Below are positions 43,334 through 52,458 of a stretch of DNA of 64,000 nt, piece after piece (position 1 is the stretch's first letter; the number at the start of each line of letters is the position of its first letter). Both the position numbers and the translations under genes were made by a program. This DNA comes from a virus. Below the pieces are notes generated by a model. It was given only the letters and a program-made list of their open reading frames with translations. It was not told where the DNA came from and searched no databases. The stretch spans positions 1 to 64,000 of the IMG/VR virus record IMGVR_UViG_3300035703_000012. One strand, 5' to 3'.

Positions 43334-44479
43334 TCACACCGACCGGAAGAAGACTTCCACGCTGACGGGGCTGAGGTTGAGCACCTGCTGGGGCCCGGCC
43401 GTCGTTTCCGGCGTCTCGGGCGCGATCACGACCACGTCCTCGGTGGGAGCCAGGTTCAGCTCGTCGCGCACGGCCGCCACCAGCTCGCTGTGGAAGAGCG
43501 AGACGCCCATCAGGTTCTCTTCCAGGCGCTGCTGCGAGAGCCGGGCCATCAAGGCCGCCACGCGCTGCTGGATCTCTACGGCCGACAAGCTGTACGCCGT
43601 GGTGACGACGACCCGCAAGGTCACGGGAATCGTTTTGATCTGCACGGCCTTGATGACGTAGCCCAGCCCCGCAGGACCCCAATCGAGCAGCGTAGCGGCA
43701 ATCGCGTCACGCGTGCCCTGCGACACGGTGGCGCTGCTGCTGGCGACGTGGATGCGCACGTAACCGGGACCGGGCTTGGCGTTTTCCAGCACCAGCCCGC
43801 TGACGCCCGGCGTGCCGAGCAGGGCCTGGCGCACGGCCCCGTAGGTCGAGCGCGGCAGGCCCTGCAGGTAGTACGGGAAGCGCAGGGCGTAATCCGCGTC
43901 CGTCTCCGCGTTCAGGCCCCCCAGCAGATCCCCCTGGGCCAGGCCGTCGAGCCGGGTGCTGCCCACCTCGAAGCGCATGTCCTGCAAGGCGGTGCTGCTG
44001 GTGTACAGCCGCGTGCCCGCCGGCAGGTTGTAGGCCAGGCCCGACTGCACGGCCTCGATTTCGACGGCCTGCTCCGTGCCGCTGTAGGTCGCGGTGCTGA
44101 CCACCAGAAAGTCCAGCGTCGGCACGGTCTGCGTCGAGAGCAAGGTGCCTTCCTCAATCCCCACGGACGTGGTGTCTGCCGAGAGGCTGCGCGCCAGCAC
44201 GAAGCCTCGGGCCTGCAAGCCGGGGTTGCGCAGCATCCCGAGGTCTCCCAGGCGGTCGTCGAGCAGCGTGCCGTAGGCCGTGCTGACGTAGAAACCCTCG
44301 CGCAGGCTGCGCAGCTGGTCCCAGGCCGAGACCAGACCGGCTGCGAAGGCTCGCACCAGCGCACCCATGACCGACAGCGAGCTGACGTCGCGCAAGGGGC
44401 GCGTGTCGCCTTCGGCCCGCTGCTGGATGGCGCCGCTGACCTCCTCGACGATCTGGGCGAAGCTCTTGAAGGTGAACAT
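43334..44479 (-). CDS. baseplate J-like protein
   Basis: 381 aa. The N-terminus FAQIVEEVSGAIQQRAEG...LVRAFAAGLVSAWDQLRSL and the gene's position follow the gpJ pattern. Confidence 0.75.
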   Translation of the reverse strand: MFTFKSFAQIVEEVSGAIQQRAEGDTRPLRDVSSLSVMGALVRAFAAGLVSAWDQLRSLREGFYVSTAYGTLLDDRLGDLGMLRNPGLQARGFVLARSLSADTTSVGIEEGTLLSTQTVPTLDFLVVSTATYSGTEQAVEIEAVQSGLAYNLPAGTRLYTSSTALQDMRFEVGSTRLDGLAQGDLLGGLNAETDADYALRFPYYLQGLPRSTYGAVRQALLGTPGVSGLVLENAKPGPGYVRIHVASSSATVSQGTRDAIAATLLDWGPAGLGYVIKAVQIKTIPVTLRVVVTTAYSLSAVEIQQRVAALMARLSQQRLEENLMGVSLFHSELVAAVRDELNLAPTEDVVVIAPETPETTAGPQQVLNLSPVSVEVFFRSV

Positions 44480-44955
44480 CAGCGCAGCTCGAGCTCCTGG
44501 GTGAAGGGGTTGACGGTCATCAGGGTGAACTGGTCATCGGGCGTTCCTCGCACGCGGTAGAAGACGTCCATCGCCAGCGTGGCGCCACGCTCCGTGGGCT
44601 CGATGCGGGGCTGGACCTCCAGCAGCACGAGGCGCTCTTCCTGGTCGGCGCAGGCCTGGATGGCGTGCCGCATCGCCAGCGTCAGGCCGGGCCCGAGCGG
44701 CTCCGAGAGCAGGGCGTAGGCCCCGTTGCCGTAGTTTTGCATCGTCACGACCAGGCGGTAGGGGTCGACGTCGTGCACGAAGCGCGAGAGGGCGTTGAGC
44801 GGCGTGGCCAGGATGCGCCGGAAGGAGGCCACCACGTTGGCGGCGTCCTGCACGGTCTGAAAGTCGCCCTGTTCGTCGAAGGCCAGGTCGCCGTCGACGA
44901 GCGCCAGGTCTTCTTGCAGGTAGTCCGGGTCAAAGAGATCGACGCGTGTGGTCAT
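44479..44955 (-). CDS. gp25/GpW-like baseplate wedge protein
   Basis: VVASFRRILATPLNA...YG......LSEPLGP......AIQACADQEERL.LLEV. Confidence 0.65.
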   Translation of the reverse strand: MTTRVDLFDPDYLQEDLALVDGDLAFDEQGDFQTVQDAANVVASFRRILATPLNALSRFVHDVDPYRLVVTMQNYGNGAYALLSEPLGPGLTLAMRHAIQACADQEERLVLLEVQPRIEPTERGATLAMDVFYRVRGTPDDQFTLMTVNPFTQELELR

Positions 44956-45929
44956 GCGAAGCTGGTTCCCTGCCCTGCCATGCCCTCGTACTGGGGCACC
45001 ACCTGGATGCCGGCCATCTCGCCCTTGCTGCCGTCCGCCAAGACCACCGGCAGGACCACCACCGGAAGGGTCGGTGCCGTCGGGATTCCGAGGGGGTTGA
45101 GGTCGATGACGCCGTTGGTGACCTTGATGGTACCGCCGGCCATGTCGCAGATGCTGTGCATCTTCGCCGAGGACTTCAGGGTGTTGGCCGTCGCCAGGTC
45201 GATGCCGTCCTTGCTCGAAATCGTGACATCCCCCAGGGCCGCGATCTCGACCTTGCCCTCGGCCCGGATGGATGCGAGGTCCTTGAGCAGCAGCGAGAGG
45301 GTCTTGGCGTCGAGGCCGTAGTGGTTGGAGAGCCGGTGAATCTCGTCCCGGGTGAGGATGATCTTGGCGTCTTTGAGCGTCTCTTGGGAGACCGACGCCG
45401 TCAGCTGCTCGGCCGTGACGTTGGTCAGCAGCGCGGGCGCCCGCTGCAAGATCACGGTCTGGGCCCGCAGCACCACACCCTTGGCCGCCATCATCCAGAA
45501 GTCCGTCAGGCGGCTGAGCTCCCAGCCGTGGCTGCGCTGCAGACCCACGCCGACCGTCAGGGCCGCGAGCTCGTTGCGCACCCCGAGCAGCGTGTCGCGC
45601 AGCGCATCCAGGCTGACCTTGGGCAGCTGCGCCGCCAGCTGCACCAGCCCGGGCGTGAGGTCGGCCTCGATGTGCGTCCGCAAGACCTGCAGGTGCTGCT
45701 TGGCACGCTCGCGCAGGTCGTAAGCGTAGTCGTGCTTGACCTGCGCCGTGGACTTGGCGGGGTTGCTCAGCGCGCTGGTGGGCTCGTCCTTGCGCAGCAC
45801 GTTGCTGAGCAGCGCCCCCATCACGTCGGTGGTGTTTTCCGCGATGGCCGCAAACTGCTTGCCGGCGTTCGCTGCCTGCTTGCGGTGCGCCCGCGCGAGC
45901 GCGCGGGCCTTGCCGTCACTGGGCGCCAT
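44952..45929 (-). CDS. possible central spike/baseplate protein
   Basis: 325 aa. The C-terminal beta-rich segment GDVTISSKDGIDLATANTLKSSAKMHSICDMAGGTIKVTNG sits in the position upstream of the gp25-like gene. Confidence 0.4.
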   Translation of the reverse strand: MAPSDGKARALARAHRKQAANAGKQFAAIAENTTDVMGALLSNVLRKDEPTSALSNPAKSTAQVKHDYAYDLRERAKQHLQVLRTHIEADLTPGLVQLAAQLPKVSLDALRDTLLGVRNELAALTVGVGLQRSHGWELSRLTDFWMMAAKGVVLRAQTVILQRAPALLTNVTAEQLTASVSQETLKDAKIILTRDEIHRLSNHYGLDAKTLSLLLKDLASIRAEGKVEIAALGDVTISSKDGIDLATANTLKSSAKMHSICDMAGGTIKVTNGVIDLNPLGIPTAPTLPVVVLPVVLADGSKGEMAGIQVVPQYEGMAGQGTSFA

Positions 45930-48637
45930 CAGCGTTCCTCCGCCAGCACCCGGAAGATCTCATCCAGGGTGCTCGAGTGCGTCACGTGCTTCATGAAGCC
46001 CTGCCCGGTGCGAGCCAGCGCCTGGACCTCTCCTTCCAGAAACGCCGCGTCGGTGCCGGGCGTATCAGCCTGGTACAGCGCCTCGATGCGTTTGAGCATC
46101 AACACGGCAGCCATCAGGGTGAAGAGCTCGTAACCCGCTGGCCCGCCGTACTCGTCGGCCCGCGTGCGCAGCAACATGATAAACCCCGGCAAGGTGCCGA
46201 TGTCGGCCTTGTAGGTCTCCCAGAAGCGGGCCGAGGCCTCGGCCGCGACCGTCTCCTTCGGCGTGAGCCCCTGCGGCCGGGCGACCTGCTTGTTGACCTT
46301 GGCGGCCGAGCGCGTCCAGCGGTCGAAGGGCAGCAGGTCGTTGCGGTAGTCGTGGCGCAGGAAGTTCTGCGTGCCCTCGAGCAGGGTGAAGCCCTCGAGC
46401 GACCGCAGGCCCTCGGCCAGAAAGGTGAACGCCGAGTCGGCCAACAGGCCCTGGGTGTTGGCCTTGTCGTAGACTGCCTGGTGCACGTGCCGGTCAGCGG
46501 CATCCAGCTCGCGGTAAACGGCCTTGAAACGCTCCCACTGCACAACCTCGCTGTCGTTTTCCAGCAGCAGCAAAATTGGAAGGTCCGGCAACGCTTTGGC
46601 GCTGCCCATGAGCGCCAGGTTCTTCACCGTGGCGATGTGCGAAGCTGTCATGCCGGGCCGGACCAGGCGATCCACGAGCTGATCGTAAGCTTTCTCCGTG
46701 TTGTAGCTGGCGTCTTTTTCCAGGTCCTTGTTCCAGCGCTTCATAAGGTCGGCCGGGCTGAACGGCAGCGTCGCCGCGGTGGCCGGGATGTTGCCGTACA
46801 TCTGCCGCAGCTCGGCCTCGGTGGGTTGCTTGAGCCCCTGCGGAATGCCGTCAGGCGTCGGCGGCAGCTGCTTGCCGTTGGCCTCGCAAGCGAACCAGTC
46901 CGCCGCGGCGAGCGTGAGCCCCTCGAGGCTGCTGTCGCGCAGCATGTTCACGGACAGCGCCGTCTGCCCTGCCCGGCTGACGAGCCCGGCACACAGCTCC
47001 GCGTTGGTGACCTCTTTGCGGGCGCGCTGGCGCAGGAGCTCGGCCACCTGGCCCGCCTGCTTGGCGCGCTCTGCCCCGGCGCGGGCCAGGCTGAGCACGT
47101 TGGTGGCGTTCGCGACCTGGTTGCGGATGCTGTTGGCCGGGTGGGGGTGCACGGCCACGGGCTTGCCGTCCGCCCCGATCGCCTCCATGGCCATGTCTTC
47201 CGGCTGCACGTCGCCCACGCCCGGCTTGAAGAAGCCCGACAAAAAACCGGCGACGTAGCCCACGCTGGAGATGACGGTGTTGAGGTTCGAGAGAATCGCA
47301 CCCTCGTCCGGCATGACGACTGGCGGCGTGGGCGCCACCTTGTTGAGGCCCGTGTGACGAATCCAGTTGTTGCGGATCACGTTCATGGGGTTGCCGGTGG
47401 CCTTCTCCTCCGGCGTCGCCCCCAGGGCGTCCATGGCCGTGTCCGAGATGGCCTTGGTCATCTTCTGCACGGCCTCCTGATACATCTGCTCGAAAGATTC
47501 AAGACTCTCTGTCGGGTTGGCCTGCTTGGGGTCGCTCAGCCCGAACACGTCCGTGAAGCACTTGAACACGCCGCTGAAGCCCGCCAGCCGGGAACGCAAG
47601 CCGTCCACGGCGCGCAAGAACAGCCCGGGCTGGTTGGGCAGCTTGAACACCACCTGCTTGGGAATCAGGTTGAGCACCAGGGTCGCAAGCAGCGCGTCCA
47701 GGTTCATCATGAGCCATTGAAGGTTCTTGAAAAGCTGCTTGTAGGCTTCCATCAGCTTGCAGACCGCAAGCAAGAAGGCCTGCGCGAACCCGACCCACTT
47801 CGACACCTCGTTGAGCCAGTAGCTTGCGGTGTTGAACACCGCCGAGCTGGCGTCAAAAGAAGTTTTCCAGGCAGCCAGCGCCTTGCTGACCTCGTTGCCC
47901 GGAAACAGGCTCTCGAGCCCGCCGATGAGGTCTTCCACGCCGACGCCCGCCTCAAGCCGGCGGCTGAAGCTTTCGATGTTGTTGTAGACCTTCGAGACCT
48001 GCTCGATGCCTTCCTCGCCAATCAAAATACTGGCGACCAGCGCCGTCGCGCCGGCGTAGTTCCCGGACCTGGCTGCCAGCGCAAAAGCCCCGACCTTGGC
48101 GATGCCATCCAGCATGGCGACGTTCTCTTTGGAAACCCTCAGGACCTGCAGGTTCGTGCGCACAAAGGACAAGCCGTCCTTGAGGTCGCGGATCGTGGCG
48201 ATCCCCGAGGTCAGCCGGTTGATCGTGCCAACCCAGGTTTGCAAGTTGGCGTAACCCTCCGACCGCAACGGCACCGGCAGCCCCTGCCGGAAGCCTTGCA
48301 TTCCCCTTTCCACTTCTGCCTTGCGCGCCTCGGCCTCGGCTTTGGCTGCAAGCAGGCGCTCTTCAATGTTCGTCAGCTGCCGCAGCCGCTCGCTGGTCTC
48401 CGCCAGGGCAGCCTCGATGACGGCTTTGCCCCTCAGCGTGTCGAGCTCGGCCTGCAAGTCTGCCACGAGCTTTTCCGTGGCCGCGATCGAGCCGGGCACC
48501 TCGGGGTCGCGCAGCATGTCAGGAGGCACCCGCTCCTGCGGCGGCGCGTCGCCCGGCGCTTCACCAGACGGAGCCGGCGGCGGCGTCGGGCGCTTCTTGA
48601 AGGCCTCTTCCAGGCTCTCAGGGCGACACTCCGACAT
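45929..48637 (-). CDS. tape-measure-like large tail protein
   Basis: 902 aa with an N-terminal coiled coil and hydrophobic Gly/Ala stretches. Confidence 0.45.
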   Translation of the reverse strand: MSECRPESLEEAFKKRPTPPPAPSGEAPGDAPPQERVPPDMLRDPEVPGSIAATEKLVADLQAELDTLRGKAVIEAALAETSERLRQLTNIEERLLAAKAEAEARKAEVERGMQGFRQGLPVPLRSEGYANLQTWVGTINRLTSGIATIRDLKDGLSFVRTNLQVLRVSKENVAMLDGIAKVGAFALAARSGNYAGATALVASILIGEEGIEQVSKVYNNIESFSRRLEAGVGVEDLIGGLESLFPGNEVSKALAAWKTSFDASSAVFNTASYWLNEVSKWVGFAQAFLLAVCKLMEAYKQLFKNLQWLMMNLDALLATLVLNLIPKQVVFKLPNQPGLFLRAVDGLRSRLAGFSGVFKCFTDVFGLSDPKQANPTESLESFEQMYQEAVQKMTKAISDTAMDALGATPEEKATGNPMNVIRNNWIRHTGLNKVAPTPPVVMPDEGAILSNLNTVISSVGYVAGFLSGFFKPGVGDVQPEDMAMEAIGADGKPVAVHPHPANSIRNQVANATNVLSLARAGAERAKQAGQVAELLRQRARKEVTNAELCAGLVSRAGQTALSVNMLRDSSLEGLTLAAADWFACEANGKQLPPTPDGIPQGLKQPTEAELRQMYGNIPATAATLPFSPADLMKRWNKDLEKDASYNTEKAYDQLVDRLVRPGMTASHIATVKNLALMGSAKALPDLPILLLLENDSEVVQWERFKAVYRELDAADRHVHQAVYDKANTQGLLADSAFTFLAEGLRSLEGFTLLEGTQNFLRHDYRNDLLPFDRWTRSAAKVNKQVARPQGLTPKETVAAEASARFWETYKADIGTLPGFIMLLRTRADEYGGPAGYELFTLMAAVLMLKRIEALYQADTPGTDAAFLEGEVQALARTGQGFMKHVTHSSTLDEIFRVLAEER

Positions 48638-48639
48638 CG

Positions 48640-49284
48640 TCAGCCCTGCTCCAGCAACGCCATGGCGTTCTTCAGCCCCAGCACCGCCTCGCGCATCATC
48701 TCCTCCGCGTAAGACATGTTGGTGCCGTTGCGCTCGATGTGCTGGTGGCTCTGGTCGTCCACATCCCGCGAGCCGATGTAGGTGGTGTAGACCTCGGAGT
48801 TGTTGTTGGTGTAGCTGGCGTTGCCCAGCATGGGGCGCTGGTCGGGGTCCTGGCGCCCCTTGAACCAGCCCGCTGGCCTGCGCGGATCCACCACCAACCG
48901 CCCCACCCCCTGCTGCTGGAACGGGGCGTAGGCGGGCGGGTGCTTGCTCGTGTAGCTGTAGGTCGTGCCCGTGATCTCCCCGCAGCTGTACATTCCGGTG
49001 CGATAGCCGTCCACGAAGGCAACCTTGTAGCGCTCCTCGGGCACGATGGCGAAGATCTCGCCCGTGCCCGGCATGTCGCCCGCGTAGTGGACCTGGTTGC
49101 GCACCTCGAGGAGGTCGCCCCCGCCGCTTGCGATCGGCAACACCTTGGTGGTGTTCGTGATAGGGTCGTACTCCTTCGCGATGACCTCCGTGAAGGGCAT
49201 CTCGTCGACCTTGCCCGCCAGCGTGTAGGTGGCGTTCTGCCGGAGCGGGTCGTAGAGCTCGTGGAAGATGTTGTCGAGGTTCAT
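48640..49284 (-). CDS. tail/baseplate structural protein
   Basis: 214-aa ORF in the tail module. Confidence 0.5.
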   Translation of the reverse strand: MNLDNIFHELYDPLRQNATYTLAGKVDEMPFTEVIAKEYDPITNTTKVLPIASGGGDLLEVRNQVHYAGDMPGTGEIFAIVPEERYKVAFVDGYRTGMYSCGEITGTTYSYTSKHPPAYAPFQQQGVGRLVVDPRRPAGWFKGRQDPDQRPMLGNASYTNNNSEVYTTYIGSRDVDDQSHQHIERNGTNMSYAEEMMREAVLGLKNAMALLEQG

Positions 49285-49293
49285 GGAAACCGC

Positions 49294-51123
49294 CTAACCC
49301 TTGACAGGCACGTAGTTGATGTCAAGCTCTGTTGCAGTCAGACACTGGTTCCGGATGGCGTTGAACTCCACCTCGGTGCGGATCACGCGGTTGACGCCGT
49401 TATCCGTGCTGCCGTCCAGGTCGATGGGCCCGCACAGCACCACGCTCACGTAGCCGCGCTTGACGCCGCCCACGGCGAACATGTGCTGCACGGCCTCGAT
49501 GCGGTGGATGCCTTCGTGGTTGGCTTCGAGGTCGTCGTAGATGCCCTTGGGCGCGATTTTTGTGGCGTCGCCGCCCTGGGTGTTCTGCCCCTTGCTGTCG
49601 AAGCGCCGGCCGAAGTAGCCCGTGTTGAAGACCTGCACGGCCTCCCCGATGGTGAGCGTGGGGTCGCCCGGCACCACGATCGTCGTGACCTCGATGGCCC
49701 GCCCCAGCGTGAAGTACAACGCGCCCAGCACGCTCTCGTAGCGCTTGAGCTCCAGGGCCTCGTTCGTGATGGTCTCGTCGTAGACGAAGCGCGTGCGCGA
49801 GAGCGGGCGCAAATACCGCCCCGTTTGGGGATCGCGGAGGATGGCGTACGGCGTCTCCGTCACGATGTCCATCGGCTGGTGGCTGGCGCCGTCGCTGCGC
49901 GGGTTCGTCAGCATGAAATGCGTGATGGTGGCGTGCGTCGACCACTCGGAGGTGTAGTTAAGGATGTTGGCCCGGTCCGTCGGGTAGCGGTAGAAGTACT
50001 GCCGGGTGGCCGACATCTGCGGGCTGGTGCTGAACAGCCTGCGCCCGTCGGTGCGCCGGGCCATCCAGTGAATGACGCCCGTGCGGTGGTCCGCGAAGAC
50101 CTCGCGCGGGTAGTCCTCCATGAGGCTGTAGTGTTTGATGAGTTGCAGCGGGAACTTGTCGACGATGAGCATGCCCACGGGCGTCTTGCCCCGCACGTCA
50201 GGCACCACCTGCTCGCGACGGCTGCTCTTCTCGATGAGCCCGAGCTTGACGTAGCAGTTCTCCTGCCCGAACGTGGCGCTGACTGTGAACCGGGTTTTGG
50301 CGTCCCGCTCGGCTTCCCGTGGTTCGGGCTTGTCACCCGGGGCTTTGCGGTCTCCGACGAACTGCACCGGGTCGATGGCCGCGCCCCGGTAGATGAGGTC
50401 ACGCACCAGGAACGCCCGGTTCTCGGCGTAGACGCCTTCCGGGTTCAGGCTGCCGCGCATCTTGTTGTCGTTCAAATAGCGCATCATGTCGCGGCACTTC
50501 ACGGTGAAGACGACGCCGTCGCTCTCGCCGCTGCCGCCGCGCTCCGCAATGCTGTCCACGCAGCCGAAGAACACCACGTCGCCCGAGAAGTTCTTGTAGT
50601 TGGTCGAGCCATCGGGGTTGGCCACGCGCACCAGCGGGCTGTCGATGTAACCCATCTCGATGGCGACGACGTCGTTGGGCAGGATCGGGGGGATGTGGAG
50701 GTCTTCGGTGTTCGTGATGGGGTGGGCAATCTGGAACGACGCCGACGAGCAGTTCCACTGTCGGGTGAGGTTGACGCGGGCGTTGAGCACGGCCCACTGG
50801 ATGGGCATCGCCGTCGAAGTGCCCTGCGCGTTCTTGAGCCGCAAGCCTTCCGAGTTGTAGTACGCAAAGGCCTCCCGGCCCAGGATGGCGTAGGGCCAGG
50901 TGGTCTCGCCCGTGGCAAACCCCCCGCCTGGCGTGAACTTCGGCAGGCCGGCGAGCTGCTTGTAGCTGTCGCTCTTGAGCAGCTTGTCGAGCTGCTCGGC
51001 GCGGCTCATGCCCTCGGGCTTGACCACCGAGGTCAGGCTCCACACCAGCACCCGGCACACGGGCGTGGCATGGGCGTGCTGCATCCCCAAAGCGGGGTTG
51101 AAGCTGGTGGTGTCCGCGGTCAT
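49294..51123 (-). CDS. baseplate hub-like (gpD/XkdQ-type motif) protein
   Basis: PNDVVAIEMGYIDSPL...DVVFFGCVDSIAERGGSGESDGVVFTVKCRDMMRYL. Confidence 0.45.
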   Translation of the reverse strand: MTADTTSFNPALGMQHAHATPVCRVLVWSLTSVVKPEGMSRAEQLDKLLKSDSYKQLAGLPKFTPGGGFATGETTWPYAILGREAFAYYNSEGLRLKNAQGTSTAMPIQWAVLNARVNLTRQWNCSSASFQIAHPITNTEDLHIPPILPNDVVAIEMGYIDSPLVRVANPDGSTNYKNFSGDVVFFGCVDSIAERGGSGESDGVVFTVKCRDMMRYLNDNKMRGSLNPEGVYAENRAFLVRDLIYRGAAIDPVQFVGDRKAPGDKPEPREAERDAKTRFTVSATFGQENCYVKLGLIEKSSRREQVVPDVRGKTPVGMLIVDKFPLQLIKHYSLMEDYPREVFADHRTGVIHWMARRTDGRRLFSTSPQMSATRQYFYRYPTDRANILNYTSEWSTHATITHFMLTNPRSDGASHQPMDIVTETPYAILRDPQTGRYLRPLSRTRFVYDETITNEALELKRYESVLGALYFTLGRAIEVTTIVVPGDPTLTIGEAVQVFNTGYFGRRFDSKGQNTQGGDATKIAPKGIYDDLEANHEGIHRIEAVQHMFAVGGVKRGYVSVVLCGPIDLDGSTDNGVNRVIRTEVEFNAIRNQCLTATELDINYVPVKG

Positions 51124-51188
51124 GCCACCAGTAAAGACGAGGAACCTGGGCGGATTCTAGGCACAGCGCACCGCACCCGAAGCAAAGA

Positions 51189-51212
51189 CCGATCTGGGTT
51201 AACCCAGACCGG
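51189..51212 (-). terminator. palindromic stem-loop after the tube genes
   Basis: CCGaTCTGGGTTAACCCAGAcCGG, followed on the - strand by TCTTTGCTT. It lies in the 123-bp gap after the stop at 51247. Confidence 0.5.
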
Positions 51213-51246
51213 CCCCTGCCACCACCCTTGTTGCGGAAAGCTTTTA

Positions 51247-51837
51247 CTAGGCCAAGTTAGACTCAATGTCTCCCTGTGTGCCGGCATTGCTTTGCGTGGC
51301 CTTGGCCGGTGTATCATCCACGCCTTCAGCTGTACCCTGCCAAGAGTTTGCAGCCACTGCGCGGCCAGGGGCGACGCCAAAAGTCAGCGTGTCGACACGA
51401 GCCATCTTTAGCTCAATACGCGTTAGAGAAACGCCGCTACCTTCTTCTCGGAAACCTGCTTCACCCGGCGTAAAGTCTGCCATGTTGGCCTGGCACACCA
51501 AGTTAAAGCGCTTTTGCCTCGGTTGCAGGGTTTTGCGAGCGTCTGTATCCCCAAAGCTGTCTGCAAAAGGCTTGCCAAACGTACGAGACACCACGTCCAT
51601 GTTGACCAGTCCCTGGTCCAGGGACCAGACCACCAACACTTCGCCGTCCAGCATTCGTGGGATGCGCTGATTCAGTGAGATGTAGGCCTCGGTCTGGTTA
51701 ACCAGGCGCCACATAAACGTGTTAAAAGAGCCAAGCAGCCGAGCACCCGCGCCCGAAGCCGTGCCGTCTGCAGGTTCAACCACCGTGACCTTTAGGTCGT
51801 AGCCTTGCAACGGATCGCGCAGAACATTGACAGACAT
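51247..51837 (-). CDS. tail tube protein, paralogue 2
   Basis: VNQTEAYISLNQRIPRMLDGEVLVVWSLDQGLVN is nearly identical to the corresponding block in 51873..52445. Confidence 0.75.
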   Translation of the reverse strand: MSVNVLRDPLQGYDLKVTVVEPADGTASGAGARLLGSFNTFMWRLVNQTEAYISLNQRIPRMLDGEVLVVWSLDQGLVNMDVVSRTFGKPFADSFGDTDARKTLQPRQKRFNLVCQANMADFTPGEAGFREEGSGVSLTRIELKMARVDTLTFGVAPGRAVAANSWQGTAEGVDDTPAKATQSNAGTQGDIESNLA

Positions 51838-51872
51838 CTTTACACCTCAGCGCTTGTACGCACGTCTTAAAA

Positions 51873-52445
51873 CTAGGAGGACTTTGCAGACAAGGACTGC
51901 GCGGTGCCTTGCCACGACGACGCAGCCACGCGGCGACCTGCCACAACCCCGAAGCTGCCTGTATCCACGCGGCAGTAGTGAAGCTGGATGTCGAGCTTTT
52001 TCAGAGAACCTCCCGTGGCCTTGTCATCTCCATCGTTGGCAAACGTCGCCTCTCCCAGGTCTTTGGTGTCAATGTGACCGGACATGGTTTTCATAAAAAT
52101 ATGGAACCGACGTTGACGTGGAATTACGTTTTGCTGACGTCCTTGCTGCATGGCGGTTGCAAACTTCTCACCGTAGGTTGCCTTGACCCACTGCTGATTG
52201 ACCACGCCTTGTTCCAGCGACCAGGCCACGATTACCTCACCGTCCAGCATGCGCGGGATGCGCTGGTTGAGAGGCAGGTAGGCTTCAGTCTGGTTCACAA
52301 TACGACACATGAAGCCCGTAAACGAGCCTTCCAGCCGGGTTTTTTCGGTATCGCTGCCGCCAGGAATCGACTGAACCTCAACGTTGATGTCGTAACCCTG
52401 GTAGGGGTCCCGATAGTAACTTTCGTCGTTGGGAACAAACGTCAC
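51873..52445 (-). CDS. tail tube protein, paralogue 1
   Basis: It lies directly downstream of the sheath gene. 190 aa. Confidence 0.8.
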   Translation of the reverse strand: MTFVPNDESYYRDPYQGYDINVEVQSIPGGSDTEKTRLEGSFTGFMCRIVNQTEAYLPLNQRIPRMLDGEVIVAWSLEQGVVNQQWVKATYGEKFATAMQQGRQQNVIPRQRRFHIFMKTMSGHIDTKDLGEATFANDGDDKATGGSLKKLDIQLHYCRVDTGSFGVVAGRRVAASSWQGTAQSLSAKSS

Positions 52446-52458
52446 GACTCAGCCCTCC

